The notes below the pieces were generated by a model. The model was not told the origin of the DNA and searched no databases. It worked only from the letters and a program-made list of their open reading frames with translations. DNA of 64,000 bases from a virus. Where the stretch lies: positions 64,001-128,000 of the IMG/VR virus record IMGVR_UViG_3300027741_000027, one strand, 5' to 3'. The stretch's first letter is position 1. Each line of letters begins with the position of its first letter. Both the position numbers and the translations under genes were made by a program. This document shows, in pieces, positions 55,504 through 64,000 of the stretch.

Positions 55504-56418
55504 TTATGCAATATCAATATAAGTAGGACGAATTGATAAAGAGTGCTGAGTAACTGACGCGGCAGCGCTCCATTTAAATTGAGCGGTTATTGTAGAACCA
55601 GCAGTTCCACCCTCTACTCCTATTGTAAATGGAAATGTAGAAGAATTATAAGTAATTAATGATGACCTGAACCCGGAAAAATAACCATTTGCTGGTGACG
55701 ATTGTAACCACTCATTGTCAACCGATGCGTTATTATTACCAACTGCAAAAGACATACCAATATTGCTAGCACTGGTTGTAGTTCCTGACGCAAAAGATTC
55801 TATTCTGAAAACCGCCCCGGTCACAGTCTGTGTAGATAAAATACTTGGAATTTGAATAGTAATTCCATTACTACTAGGATTAGCGTAAACGCTTGAGGTA
55901 GTATTTAATGCTGCCGAAGTAGTAATTAAAGAAGATTGTTTCCAAGATCCTCCAACAAATTCCCATCTACTAGCGGAATTAGTATATCTCATTTTCCAAA
56001 CCCAATTTGGAGAACTTGTACTGTCAGTTAAATTAACTGTATATCCATCAAACAAATTTGAAGTAGGAAGAGTGGTTGAAAGTACAGGAAGAATTCCCGC
56101 CTTAAGTTTAGTTTCTGTTACAGCATTGTCTGCAAGCTTTGCCGTGGTTACACCTGTCGAACCAGATGTATAAGTTTCAAGTTTTGCAGTTGTTACAGCA
56201 CCGTCTGCAATTTTTGTCGTGGTTATTCCGGTTGTAGAATTTGTGCTATCTTCAATAGCACTATTTGTAATTTTAGCGCCGTGACCTAAGGCGCCTGTGT
56301 GATCATGAGCGTCAACAATATCCCAATTAGCTGCTAATTGAATATAATCAAACTTGTTTGATGCTCCCCAAGTTTGCAATTGAAGATTTGTTGTTTTACT
56401 TCCGGGTGCTGTAGCCAT
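55504..56418 (-). CDS. tail fibre / minor tail-like protein
   Basis: N-terminal anchor ...DAHDHT; repeated xVTTAKL units. Confidence 0.65.
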   Translation of the reverse strand: MATAPGSKTTNLQLQTWGASNKFDYIQLAANWDIVDAHDHTGALGHGAKITNSAIEDSTNSTTGITTTKIADGAVTTAKLETYTSGSTGVTTAKLADNAVTETKLKAGILPVLSTTLPTSNLFDGYTVNLTDSTSSPNWVWKMRYTNSASRWEFVGGSWKQSSLITTSAALNTTSSVYANPSSNGITIQIPSILSTQTVTGAVFRIESFASGTTTSASNIGMSFAVGNNNASVDNEWLQSSPANGYFSGFRSSLITYNSSTFPFTIGVEGGTAGSTITAQFKWSAAASVTQHSLSIRPTYIDIA

Positions 56419-56465
56419 AAAATTCCTTTAACCTTTATTTATTATAATAGCAGTATTGATTTAAA

Positions 56466-57590
56466 TTATTCGTATTTGCCCAAATATGTTGCGGCAAAAT
56501 TAATACTTTTAGCAGTAAAAATTGTATAATCAGACGTTTGCGGCTCAAGTTTAATTCTGTACCACAAAGATAAATATTGACCCTGATCCATATTAACAAT
56601 GCCATTAACATTGACTGGGTAGCTATCGCCAGAATATTCAAACCCGCCAGTTCCAATTGCTATATTTGTATTATCTTGTCCGGCGGCAGTATTTGAGGTA
56701 AGAGGGTCCGTATCAAATGCATTTGCTCTAATTAAAACAGACATGGCATTATTTTTACCGGGCTGTTGATCGTGATTGAGAGTAGCACTATTCGATTCTG
56801 TCATACTAATAGATAATGAAGCAGATACTGCATAAATGCCCTTTTTAAGAATTTTAATTTTTCCGTTACTTTGAGCCATGTCGTTATAGCCCGTTGACAC
56901 GACACTTGTTACAAATTGATTGTTAGGATCTAAAAATTGTCGCGCCAAAGGAACAGAGGCTCCGCCGCTCCACGTTCCGGAGCCATTAGAACCCGTTTTA
57001 TCGCTGGCAACCCAAAAGGTTCCACCGGAAGTAGATGCATTTACTCCAACTATTTTATAATAACCATTATACTGTACATTTACAGTATCAGGAGAATTTT
57101 GATCACTTCTGCTGATACCTGTAATTGAAATAATTTCGCCAACGGCGGGATGTTCACTCTTTGCAGTGATCCCAGCGGCGCTATTTAAATCACTGAGGGT
57201 GTAAGTGTATTGAACGTATCCGGTGGTTGGAGAGCCGTTTACTGTGCCAGAATTTACCCCAGTAATAGCAAACCCTTTATAATTTGTTAAATCATAAGAC
57301 GATAATGTTAATTTACAATACGGATTAACGGCGGTTTTTTCAGAAGTAACTGCATTATTTTTAAGAGCTTTACCGTCAATACTGTTATCAGCAAAAGCAA
57401 AAGAAGCAAGCTTAGACTGAGGAATAGTTCCATCTTTAATTCCAGTATTACCATCAATTTGAACGCCATTGCCCGGAGAATGATCATGCTGATCAAGGGC
57501 AATAAAATTAGAAGCAAGCTGCTTATAATCATAAATATCAGTTCCAGAATTCCAAGCTGTTAAAGCCATGTTAGGAGTAGTAATAGCCAT
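56466..57590 (-). CDS. tail fibre / minor tail-like protein
   Basis: Same N-terminal anchor (DQHDHSPGNG), GTIPQSKL/NAVTSEK repeats, C-terminal beta-sandwich. Confidence 0.65.
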   Translation of the reverse strand: MAITTPNMALTAWNSGTDIYDYKQLASNFIALDQHDHSPGNGVQIDGNTGIKDGTIPQSKLASFAFADNSIDGKALKNNAVTSEKTAVNPYCKLTLSSYDLTNYKGFAITGVNSGTVNGSPTTGYVQYTYTLSDLNSAAGITAKSEHPAVGEIISITGISRSDQNSPDTVNVQYNGYYKIVGVNASTSGGTFWVASDKTGSNGSGTWSGGASVPLARQFLDPNNQFVTSVVSTGYNDMAQSNGKIKILKKGIYAVSASLSISMTESNSATLNHDQQPGKNNAMSVLIRANAFDTDPLTSNTAAGQDNTNIAIGTGGFEYSGDSYPVNVNGIVNMDQGQYLSLWYRIKLEPQTSDYTIFTAKSINFAATYLGKYE

Positions 57591-57592
57591 AA

Positions 57593-58954
57593 TTACACCA
57601 AATAATTCATGTCGCAGTTGCCAATACCGCGAGCCTGCTTAGGCTCAATGCTGCCGGTAGTGCCATCCGTGTACTGACAAGCCCACAGATAGGGCTTGGC
57701 AATTGCTGGGACGTTTGCTTGAGGATTCTTTGTATAGGCTGCATGCCAATATTTAAGAGGGTTACGAGTGTGATCTGCGGGCCATTTGGTAATAGAGCTA
57801 TTAATATATGGGCCGCCGCTATAAAGTACGCGAACTGTGTAGCCAAAACGATAACAAGACTCTACAAAGTCAGCAACCCATTTATCGCCGTTCTTGCCCT
57901 CAAACTTAGGATCTTCCCAATCAAGAACAAGGCGGTCGCCGGGATTAAGCTTACCAGCCGCCTTAATAGCATCAGTAAAATTCTTTGCCTCTGCTACAGG
58001 ACCATTATTGCTTGGACGAGCAAAATGATAAACAAAGCGAGTAAGGCCAACATGACCTGCTTCACGAAAACGAGCAGTAAATGCCTGATCTTTGAAAGTA
58101 GCCCCCTCTGATGCTTTTAAAACAATAAGTGGATAACCACCAAGTTTATATTGAGGGGCATTAAAAGAATCGTCTGCATAAATATCAGCAAAATATTTAG
58201 CATTAGGATTTGGCTTGGGCTTAGCAACAACGGGCTTGGGTTTTGGTTTTACCGGGGCTGGAATAGGTGGTTTAGCAGGAGTTGGCTTAGGTTTAGGTTT
58301 AGAAGCACCTGCTTTAACAAGACCATTAAGAACTTTCCAAGTGCCGGGACCAACTACGCCATCGGCTTTGAGACCATAAGCAGCTTGAAATTTGTTGACT
58401 TGCTCTCTTGTACGACCACCAAAACCCGCATTTACGGGATAAAGAGCGGGCCAAAAACCATGCTTTTTAAGAAGTTTTTTCAAAAGGATGACGTAAGGAC
58501 CCTTGTCGTCTTGCTTAATAATAGGAGCGGTTTTATACTTATCAACTCCTGAATAATGACCCTCTTTCCACTTAAAATGCCAAGCCTCAGAAGGAGCATC
58601 ACTCCATTGTTTCTTGAAACCAAAATTAGATCCGTAATTGGCAATAAGTTTTTGAGTTTGATAAGGAACATCAAGAGCAAGACCTAATCCATGATTAGAT
58701 GTACCGGGTTGAGCAGCAAGGTTTCCTCCCGCTTGATATTTTTCCCAAGCGGCGTACTGGCTCCAACGATTAGCCCTCCAATCACCGGGCTTACCAAGAG
58801 GACGATAAGAATCATTAACCTCAACGTTTTGATTATGGACTTCCTTGCAATAACGAGCAAAAGCGTTCCAAGCATCAGCAGCGTCATGGCGAAGGCGACC
58901 CCCGCCAGTGATATTGGTCAATTCACTATCTTTAAGTTTACCGTTAGCACTCAT
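57593..58954 (-). CDS. endolysin: M15 (VanY-like) peptidase + PG-binding + GH25 muramidase
   Basis: DSYRP...AAQPGTSNHGLGLALD...EAWHF; GLKADGVVGPGTW; KASEG...YHFARP...LDWED...QYTDG...CDMN. Confidence 0.9.
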   Translation of the reverse strand: MSANGKLKDSELTNITGGGRLRHDAADAWNAFARYCKEVHNQNVEVNDSYRPLGKPGDWRANRWSQYAAWEKYQAGGNLAAQPGTSNHGLGLALDVPYQTQKLIANYGSNFGFKKQWSDAPSEAWHFKWKEGHYSGVDKYKTAPIIKQDDKGPYVILLKKLLKKHGFWPALYPVNAGFGGRTREQVNKFQAAYGLKADGVVGPGTWKVLNGLVKAGASKPKPKPTPAKPPIPAPVKPKPKPVVAKPKPNPNAKYFADIYADDSFNAPQYKLGGYPLIVLKASEGATFKDQAFTARFREAGHVGLTRFVYHFARPSNNGPVAEAKNFTDAIKAAGKLNPGDRLVLDWEDPKFEGKNGDKWVADFVESCYRFGYTVRVLYSGGPYINSSITKWPADHTRNPLKYWHAAYTKNPQANVPAIAKPYLWACQYTDGTTGSIEPKQARGIGNCDMNYLV

Positions 58955-58981
58955 AATAAGGATTCAATACTTAAGTTACAG

Positions 58982-59242
58982 TTATAGAAGAATTTTAAGA
59001 GCTAGTTCTTGAGTACAACCCGCTTCAAGCATTTTATTAACCTTGTGCCAAGAAAGAGGAAACTCATAAGATTTTCCATTAATGACATCAACATGCTTGG
59101 CCTTTGCAAGGGATTCAGAATCTTCCTTAGAAAATCCAAGAGCCTCAAATGTTGAAACGCGATGATCGGAAAGTTCGTCTTTGTCTGTAGCAGTCGTTGA
59201 CATAACTTCCGTTTCCTCGTTTTGATATAGCTTCTTATTCAT
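58982..59242 (-). CDS. hypothetical protein
   Basis: 86 aa. Confidence 0.65.
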   Translation of the reverse strand: MNKKLYQNEETEVMSTTATDKDELSDHRVSTFEALGFSKEDSESLAKAKHVDVINGKSYEFPLSWHKVNKMLEAGCTQELALKILL

Positions 59243-59272
59243 TAATTGCCGTTCTTTAGTGTTTTAACAAAA

Positions 59273-59716
59273 CTATTTATTCCAAAACCAACGATTCTTA
59301 TTCTTTGGCTTAGTAAAATCAATTGTTGTATTGTAAATATAACCTGAGCCACTAGTACCAGTAGTGTTTGGTGACTTAGGCAATGTAGCAGACTCTTTAA
59401 TAACTTCCTTAGTTGCCTCATCTACATCAACAGGAATATCATTTTTCTTTGTATAAGGATGAAAAGGACTATTTAATTGATCAAAATAATCATCTGGCAT
59501 GAAAGCATCTTTAACGTCAACTTTCTTGCCAATATTACGTTGACGAAAATAGTTAAGCTCCCTTTTAGTTGCCTCTAAAGCAATCGCTTGACTTTCGCCT
59601 TTATGACGAAGTACTCTAAGTTGTTCTTCAAGAAGGGCGACAACATATTCTGCATCCCAATACTGATTTTCAAAACACTTAGCTTGTTTTTTCCAATATT
59701 TCTTATTCTTCTTCAT
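59273..59716 (-). CDS. hypothetical coiled-coil protein
   Basis: Start refined to MKKNKK, overlapping the upstream gene end. Confidence 0.7.
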   Translation of the reverse strand: MKKNKKYWKKQAKCFENQYWDAEYVVALLEEQLRVLRHKGESQAIALEATKRELNYFRQRNIGKKVDVKDAFMPDDYFDQLNSPFHPYTKKNDIPVDVDEATKEVIKESATLPKSPNTTGTSGSGYIYNTTIDFTKPKNKNRWFWNK

Positions 59717-59999
59717 TATTTTCCTTTCTGCAACAACCGTCGCAGCCGTGTATAGATTCAATTTTAGCGGCTCTAGGGCCAACATTACGAGATATCCAAT
59801 TAATATGATCTGGGTCGGGATGACCAACACCATGCTCACAAATCCTTTCCATCATAGCACGATCATCGCGCCAATGAGTGGGCCAATCTTTCATATTATG
59901 ATCAGAGGGATTATGAATAGAGCAACCGTACTTGCTGCAATTTGCGGTTTCCTCATGAGTGTTAACAATTTTTTGTTTTGTGCCAGTAATATACGTCAT
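59703..59999 (-). CDS. His/Cys-rich conserved phage protein, probably leaderless
   Basis: C.IHNPSDH...ERICEHGVGHPDPD; TTGAAA-N17-TATGCT 7 nt before ATG 59999. Confidence 0.75.
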   Translation of the reverse strand: MTYITGTKQKIVNTHEETANCSKYGCSIHNPSDHNMKDWPTHWRDDRAMMERICEHGVGHPDPDHINWISRNVGPRAAKIESIHGCDGCCRKENNEEE

Positions 60000-60089
60000 G
60001 CAAAACAGCATAGCAAAGTCCCAGCTATATTTCAAGCCGGGACCCGCTAGATAAGGATCACCCCCTAGGTAGTAGGAGAAAACCCCCTA

Positions 60090-60296
60090 CTATGCCTTGG
60101 GGGGTAATGCTGAACGAATACCAACTGCTGATGCAAAAGCAATAACAGTTGTAAGGATCTTTTGTGCTGTTGTAGTGGCTGAGCCACCAAGTACGCCAGA
60201 CTGGATAATAAATGTTGCTGCACCAACAGCGATACCAAAGCCAAATGATACTTGTGCCTTGGTAAGATGACGGAGCCAATCAATAAATTTTGCCAT
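60090..60296 (-). CDS. holin-like two-TM protein
   Basis: AAGGAGG RBS before MAKFIDW; two hydrophobic helices; near the endolysin. Confidence 0.55.
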   Translation of the reverse strand: MAKFIDWLRHLTKAQVSFGFGIAVGAATFIIQSGVLGGSATTTAQKILTTVIAFASAVGIRSALPPKA

Positions 60297-60330
60297 ATTA
60301 CCTCCTTTCAAATATTAGTGTCGGGAGTAA

Positions 60331-60403
60331 TGCCACGGACAGGGTTCGAACCTGTATAAAACCGATTATGAGTCGGGTGCCTAAACCATTCAGCCACCAT
60401 GGC
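60331..60403 (-). tRNA. tRNA with CAT anticodon (Ile2 or elongator Met)
   Basis: GCCATGG/CCGTGGC acceptor, CCGA-CTCATAA-TCGG anticodon arm, GGTTCGAAC T-loop. Confidence 0.9.
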
Positions 60404-60406
60404 CAT

Positions 60407-60477
60407 AGTCCCGCCGGGATTTGAACCCAGAATACCACTTTATAAGAATGGCGTGTTTACCACTTACACTACGGGAC
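60407..60477 (-). tRNA. tRNA-Ile(TAT)
   Basis: GTCCCGT/GCGGGAC acceptor, CCATT-CTTATAA-AGTGG anticodon arm, GGTTCAAATCC. Confidence 0.8.
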
Positions 60478-60484
60478 ATTAAAT

Positions 60485-60958
60485 TTAAGCCGTCATTTTA
60501 TTAGCGTACTTAGCCCATTGAACATCAGACCTAGCAACAAGTGACTCAATACTTTCATTGTTAACAATCCAAGAACCGTCATTACTGAATTCGCAATAAA
60601 TGACAGATTCAACAACGCCAAGCAACTGACGACTGCAAGAAATACAGGGCCTAGAACTAGTTGCAAAATTGCCCGTTCTGGTCAAAGTTACAATGCAAAT
60701 GGTGTCTGCATTGTGATGATCTTTAGGAAGATTTAGCAAAGCATGATGTTCGGCATGAACAGAAGCAATAGCCATACCGCCGTCATGCTTATGAGCGCAA
60801 CCCTTAGCTAAAATCTCGCACTTCTTATCACTTTTAAAAACAACTGCTCCGGTTCTATGTCTCTTATGAGTAGAACGCATAGCTTGCTTAGTAGCCTCGT
60901 CCCAAATAGACATTGGAGCATATTCTGTTAATAGACTTGTAGATGGAATGTTTTTCAT
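60485..60958 (-). CDS. cytidine/dCMP deaminase-like protein, probably leaderless
   Basis: HAE ... PCxxC (SRPCISC); TATACT 6 nt before ATG 60958. Confidence 0.85.
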   Translation of the reverse strand: MKNIPSTSLLTEYAPMSIWDEATKQAMRSTHKRHRTGAVVFKSDKKCEILAKGCAHKHDGGMAIASVHAEHHALLNLPKDHHNADTICIVTLTRTGNFATSSRPCISCSRQLLGVVESVIYCEFSNDGSWIVNNESIESLVARSDVQWAKYANKMTA

Positions 60959-60974
60959 ACCATCAGTATAACAC

Positions 60975-61011
60975 AAAACCCCCGGCGGGGCAACCACGAA
61001 CCGGGGGCTTT
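60975..61011 (-). terminator. terminator after tRNA-Met
   Basis: CCCCCGG...CCGGGGG plus TTTT on the minus strand. Confidence 0.7.
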
Positions 61012-61057
61012 ATTATATAATCCCCGGTAAGCTTCAGTGAGAAGCTTATCCGGGGAA

Positions 61058-61129
61058 TAGCGGTGGAGGGAATCGAACCCTCTGCCTCTTGGATATGAAC
61101 CAAGCGAGATACCAGTTCTCCACACCGCG
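61058..61129 (-). tRNA. tRNA-Met(CAT), initiator-like
   Basis: CGCGGTG/CACCGCT with unpaired 1:72, CTTGG-TTCATAT-CCAAG, GGTTCGATTCC. Confidence 0.9.
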
Positions 61130-61135
61130 ATGTAC

Positions 61136-61165
61136 TATTATAACAGAGTTATAATAAATTTTCAA
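61136..61165 (-). promoter_or_regulatory. sigma70 promoter for tRNA-Met with overlapping palindrome
   Basis: TTGAAA-N17-TATAAT; TATTATAAC-AGA-GTTATAATA inverted repeat. Confidence 0.75.
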
Positions 61166-61171
61166 GTCAAA

Positions 61172-61243
61172 CTCCCCGACTAGGATTCGAACCTAGAACC
61201 TAATGATTAACAGTCATTTGCGCTGCCGTTGCGCCATCGGGGA
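61172..61243 (-). tRNA. tRNA-Asn(GTT)
   Basis: TCCCCGA/TCGGGGA acceptor, AATGA-CTGTTAA-TCATT, GGTTCGAATCC. Confidence 0.95.
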
Positions 61244-61246
61244 ATG

Positions 61247-61367
61247 AGGGTCACCTACGCTTTTCCGCTTGCGTATAATGGATCATTGTCTATAAATTAA
61301 TTCCATTTTTTCATTTATAGATTAGGCGGTTTCATCAGTGTCTATTATAACACCAATGGGTGACCCT
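61247..61367 (-). ncRNA. candidate 121 nt multibranch RNA between tRNA-Leu and tRNA-Asn
   Basis: Perfect 9 bp closing stem AGGGTCACC/GGTGACCCT enclosing three hairpins. Confidence 0.5.
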
Positions 61368-61369
61368 AA

Positions 61370-61452
61370 TACTCAGGAAGGGATTCGAACCCTTAAGGCC
61401 GCTTGGCCGGAAGATTTTGAGTCTTCTGTGTATACCGTTCCACCACCTGAGC
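61370..61452 (-). tRNA. tRNA-Leu(CAA)
   Basis: GCTCAGG/CCTGAGT acceptor, GAAGA-CTCAAAA-TCTTC, long variable arm, GGTTCGAATCC. Confidence 0.95.
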
Positions 61453-61502
61453 AAGTTGTTGTATTGTAACAGATGCTGGCAAAAATGCAAAATTTAAATC
61501 GT

Positions 61503-64000
61503 CTATGTTCTACCTTGATAATTAAGCGCCTCATCTTGATAAGTTTGAGCCACAAGTTTAGGTTGTATAGAAAGTTGAATTTCAGCATTAGTTAAAATTA
61601 AATTATCAATTTCTGTTTTAGTAACATTTTCAAAACTATCAATATAAAATGTAGTATTTGTTACATTTAATTTATTAATTAAAAATAAACCATTAAATTT
61701 ATTAGAAATAGAACCATCTGAATTTTGAATTCCAACAATCAATGTTGTATCAAATCCCATTGTATGAGTGCCAGTTATTAATTTAGGATCAAAATCCAGA
61801 TAGCTCTTAATATTGTGATCTGAAACTGTAGTAAACATTACAGTTGTAGAATCTTTATATGTAATTTTATCAATTTTAATTGATTTTTCTAAATTTGTTT
61901 TACTATATAATATTTTTTGATTTGTAGTTTTAATAGTTGTATAATTATATGGTGATTTTTTACTTCTGTTTCGAATTGTTTTACCGGGAGTTAAATTTGA
62001 TGTAAAATTTTGAAATGTGGGGGGATTAGATGATTTATTGATAACAAGATAAGGAAACGTATAATTTGTAATCTTAGAAATTGTTCCTGTGTTTTGATTA
62101 ACAGAGCCAGAAGGAGGATTATTTTCAAATGCAGAAATTGGAATTGTAAAAGTTGTAGTATTAGAATCACCCGTTACTGTTATAGGCAACTCATTTATAT
62201 TAAAATTTGTACCTCCGATTATGTTTTTAATTGTTACCCTTTGACCCGTAATAAGAAAATGGGGGGATCTTGTTACGTAAGTAACAATGCCATTATTAAC
62301 ATTGGCTGAATTAATTAAAATGTTTGACGAGGTTGAATATGGCATTTTAAAATATATGGTTTTTTTATTAGCGGAAATAGAGTCAATTTCTAATCCACTT
62401 TCTGATCCATTAGGAAGAATTGTCTTAGGAAAATTGGACAAATCTGAAGTGTCTTCTCCAAATAATTTATAAATTATTGTTCCTTGCGTCCACGAACTTG
62501 GAACTACGGAGGTGGTTGTGGCAAATGTATCACCTTTGTTAATTGTTATGCTGCCTGTTTTTAATGCAGGGTTTTTATAACGATATATACCCCTTACGTT
62601 ATTCGTTCCCGAATCATCATTTGAAACACTACTTGGAACAGCATAAGCGGTTTCATTACTTGCCCAGTTAAAATACATTGCGTTTTCTATTTTCCAAAAA
62701 GTATTTTGATTAAAATCAATTAATTTTCTAAAACTGGCTTGATAGTCATTACTGTTTAAGTCAGGCCAAGACATGAAAGTATCTATATATCCATTTTGCA
62801 AACTCTCGGTTTTAGCACTATTTATAGCCATTTTATCAGTTGAATAACCGTATTCACTTAAAATTAAATTTGGAAAAGTTAAATTATTTGCTGTTGGAAT
62901 TCCATAATATTGTGGTTTAATAAACAAATTTTTTAATGTAACAAATTGATCTATTAAATCTGTTGCATAGCCCGGATATTTATTAACTCCAAATTTGTCG
63001 TATGCGTATTTACCATTTTTAACTGCAAGAAGCCTCGGATACGTTTTGTTTGGTTGAGTAACTGCATTTGAAACCGCATTTGCCTTTGAATCAACGTCAT
63101 GCATTTCTTTTTTAACTGTTTGAACAAAATCAAGAAAACTAAATTCAAAACCATATGAATAATCTTTTATAGAAGTTTTAATTTTAAGATTGCGATTAGT
63201 TGTAAGAGACAATTGTCTAGGATGAAAAGGCCAATTGGCCCCTCGACTAATTCCAGTTCTTTTTATTGTGTGAATTTTATTATTATTACCAATTTGAAAT
63301 TTAAAATCCGCTGGATAGTTTTTGCCTCCGTAAGCAGCGCTATCACATTCATTCCAAATTTGATAATTAATCATTTTTGGAAAATTAAGTTTGACAGAAA
63401 CGCCCGCTGGCATTGATTTATTTAATGGTTTATCAATTGTAATTTGATTACCATTGATAGAACAAATTCTTGCATCTGGGGGAATGTACGAGTTATTACC
63501 GTCTTGGGCGGTTGATGGTACTGAACCAAAAGCATCGCTCTCTATTGTCATTCCAACAACAATGTTTGAAGTTGTCGGATAACTAGAATTAAAAGTTAAA
63601 TTAATTGTTTGACTGTAAGCGTTTTTATTAACGTTAGAAATTGCGCTGGTTATTGAATTAACAGTGTTATTTAATTCGGTCCAAAAAGTTCCATTAGTAC
63701 CAAATTTTGTTAAAAATATATTCATAAATGCGGCAAAATCATAATAATCACTTGGAAGTGACCCTCCTTTTCTTTTTAAATTAATAAGAAATATTGCAAC
63801 ATCTTTTACACTATTAAATTTAAAAACATCATTTTGATTTATATCAATTTTTTTACTTTTACCATTAATAACATTATTTAATTCATAATCTTGAATTGAA
63901 CCTATGACATAATTATCTAATATTTGAGACAGAGGTTGATTTAAACCAATTTTCCAAGAATTATTTTTAGTTAAACGGTCAGTTGGATCATAACTTGTTA
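61503..64000 (-). CDS. clan GH-A glycoside hydrolase-like protein with beta-rich C-terminal domains (5' end truncated by window)
   Basis: Frame is open from the window end through ATG 63725 (manual translation ...PSDYYDFAAFMNIF); QIWNE and LSEYG catalytic-type motifs; H.L..G..VTI..I.G...FN repeats. Confidence 0.7.
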   Translation of the reverse strand, partial: TSYDPTDRLTKNNSWKIGLNQPLSQILDNYVIGSIQDYELNNVINGKSKKIDINQNDVFKFNSVKDVAIFLINLKRKGGSLPSDYYDFAAFMNIFLTKFGTNGTFWTELNNTVNSITSAISNVNKNAYSQTINLTFNSSYPTTSNIVVGMTIESDAFGSVPSTAQDGNNSYIPPDARICSINGNQITIDKPLNKSMPAGVSVKLNFPKMINYQIWNECDSAAYGGKNYPADFKFQIGNNNKIHTIKRTGISRGANWPFHPRQLSLTTNRNLKIKTSIKDYSYGFEFSFLDFVQTVKKEMHDVDSKANAVSNAVTQPNKTYPRLLAVKNGKYAYDKFGVNKYPGYATDLIDQFVTLKNLFIKPQYYGIPTANNLTFPNLILSEYGYSTDKMAINSAKTESLQNGYIDTFMSWPDLNSNDYQASFRKLIDFNQNTFWKIENAMYFNWASNETAYAVPSSVSNDDSGTNNVRGIYRYKNPALKTGSITINKGDTFATTTSVVPSSWTQGTIIYKLFGEDTSDLSNFPKTILPNGSESGLEIDSISANKKTIYFKMPYSTSSNILINSANVNNGIVTYVTRSPHFLITGQRVTIKNIIGGTNFNINELPITVTGDSNTTTFTIPISAFENNPPSGSVNQNTGTISKITNYTFPYLVINKSSNPPTFQNFTSNLTPGKTIRNRSKKSPYNYTTIKTTNQKILYSKTNLEKSIKIDKITYKDSTTVMFTTVSDHNIKSYLDFDPKLITGTHTMGFDTTLIVGIQNSDGSISNKFNGLFLINKLNVTNTTFYIDSFENVTKTEIDNLILTNAEIQLSIQPKLVAQTYQDEALNYQGRT

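Noticed and set aside
61247-61367. Hammerhead or HDV-like theta ribozyme after tRNA-Leu (contains CTGATGA and GAAA)
   Set aside because: No stem II forms correctly between CUGAUGA and GAAA. The P1-like stem closes at the very 3' end, leaving no room for HDV P4/P2.
1-64000. Stop-codon reassignment
   Set aside because: Genes of up to 2504 aa are open under code 11 with tight coupling, TAG and TGA are used as stops, and none of the five tRNAs is a suppressor.

Overview
A 64 kb segment of a large tailed dsDNA phage genome. The portal and terminase resemble, from recall, those of large actinophages of the mycobacteriophage cluster C / Bxz1 type, and several leaderless genes point to an actinobacterial host (inference). 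It has four blocks. (1) 1-12.5 kb: nucleotide and repair genes (MazG-like, pyrimidine-dimer glycosylase, thyX) and modular acidic proteins. (2) 12.9-26.8 kb: leftward early-type region of about 45 small genes, many as promoter-gene-terminator units. Sixteen promoters share a TTTRCY direct repeat (11 bp period) placed 10 or 20-22 bp upstream of the -10 box. The block also holds a candidate ~310 nt ncRNA. (3) 27-55 kb: head and packaging region (TerL, portal) with giant modular proteins (2504, 896, 890, 650, 499 aa). These carry PcfJ-like, papain-like Cys-His-Asp, nucleotidyltransferase, GNAT-like, SWIM, Zn-finger and PG-binding modules joined at recurring [KRH]-x-[AS]-[ASN]-type motifs, suggesting protease-processed virion polyproteins. 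(4) 55-64 kb: tail-fibre-like genes, a three-domain endolysin, five tRNAs, a candidate structured RNA between two tRNAs, and an AT-rich glycoside-hydrolase protein cut by the window edge. All family calls come from motif recognition; no database search was run.
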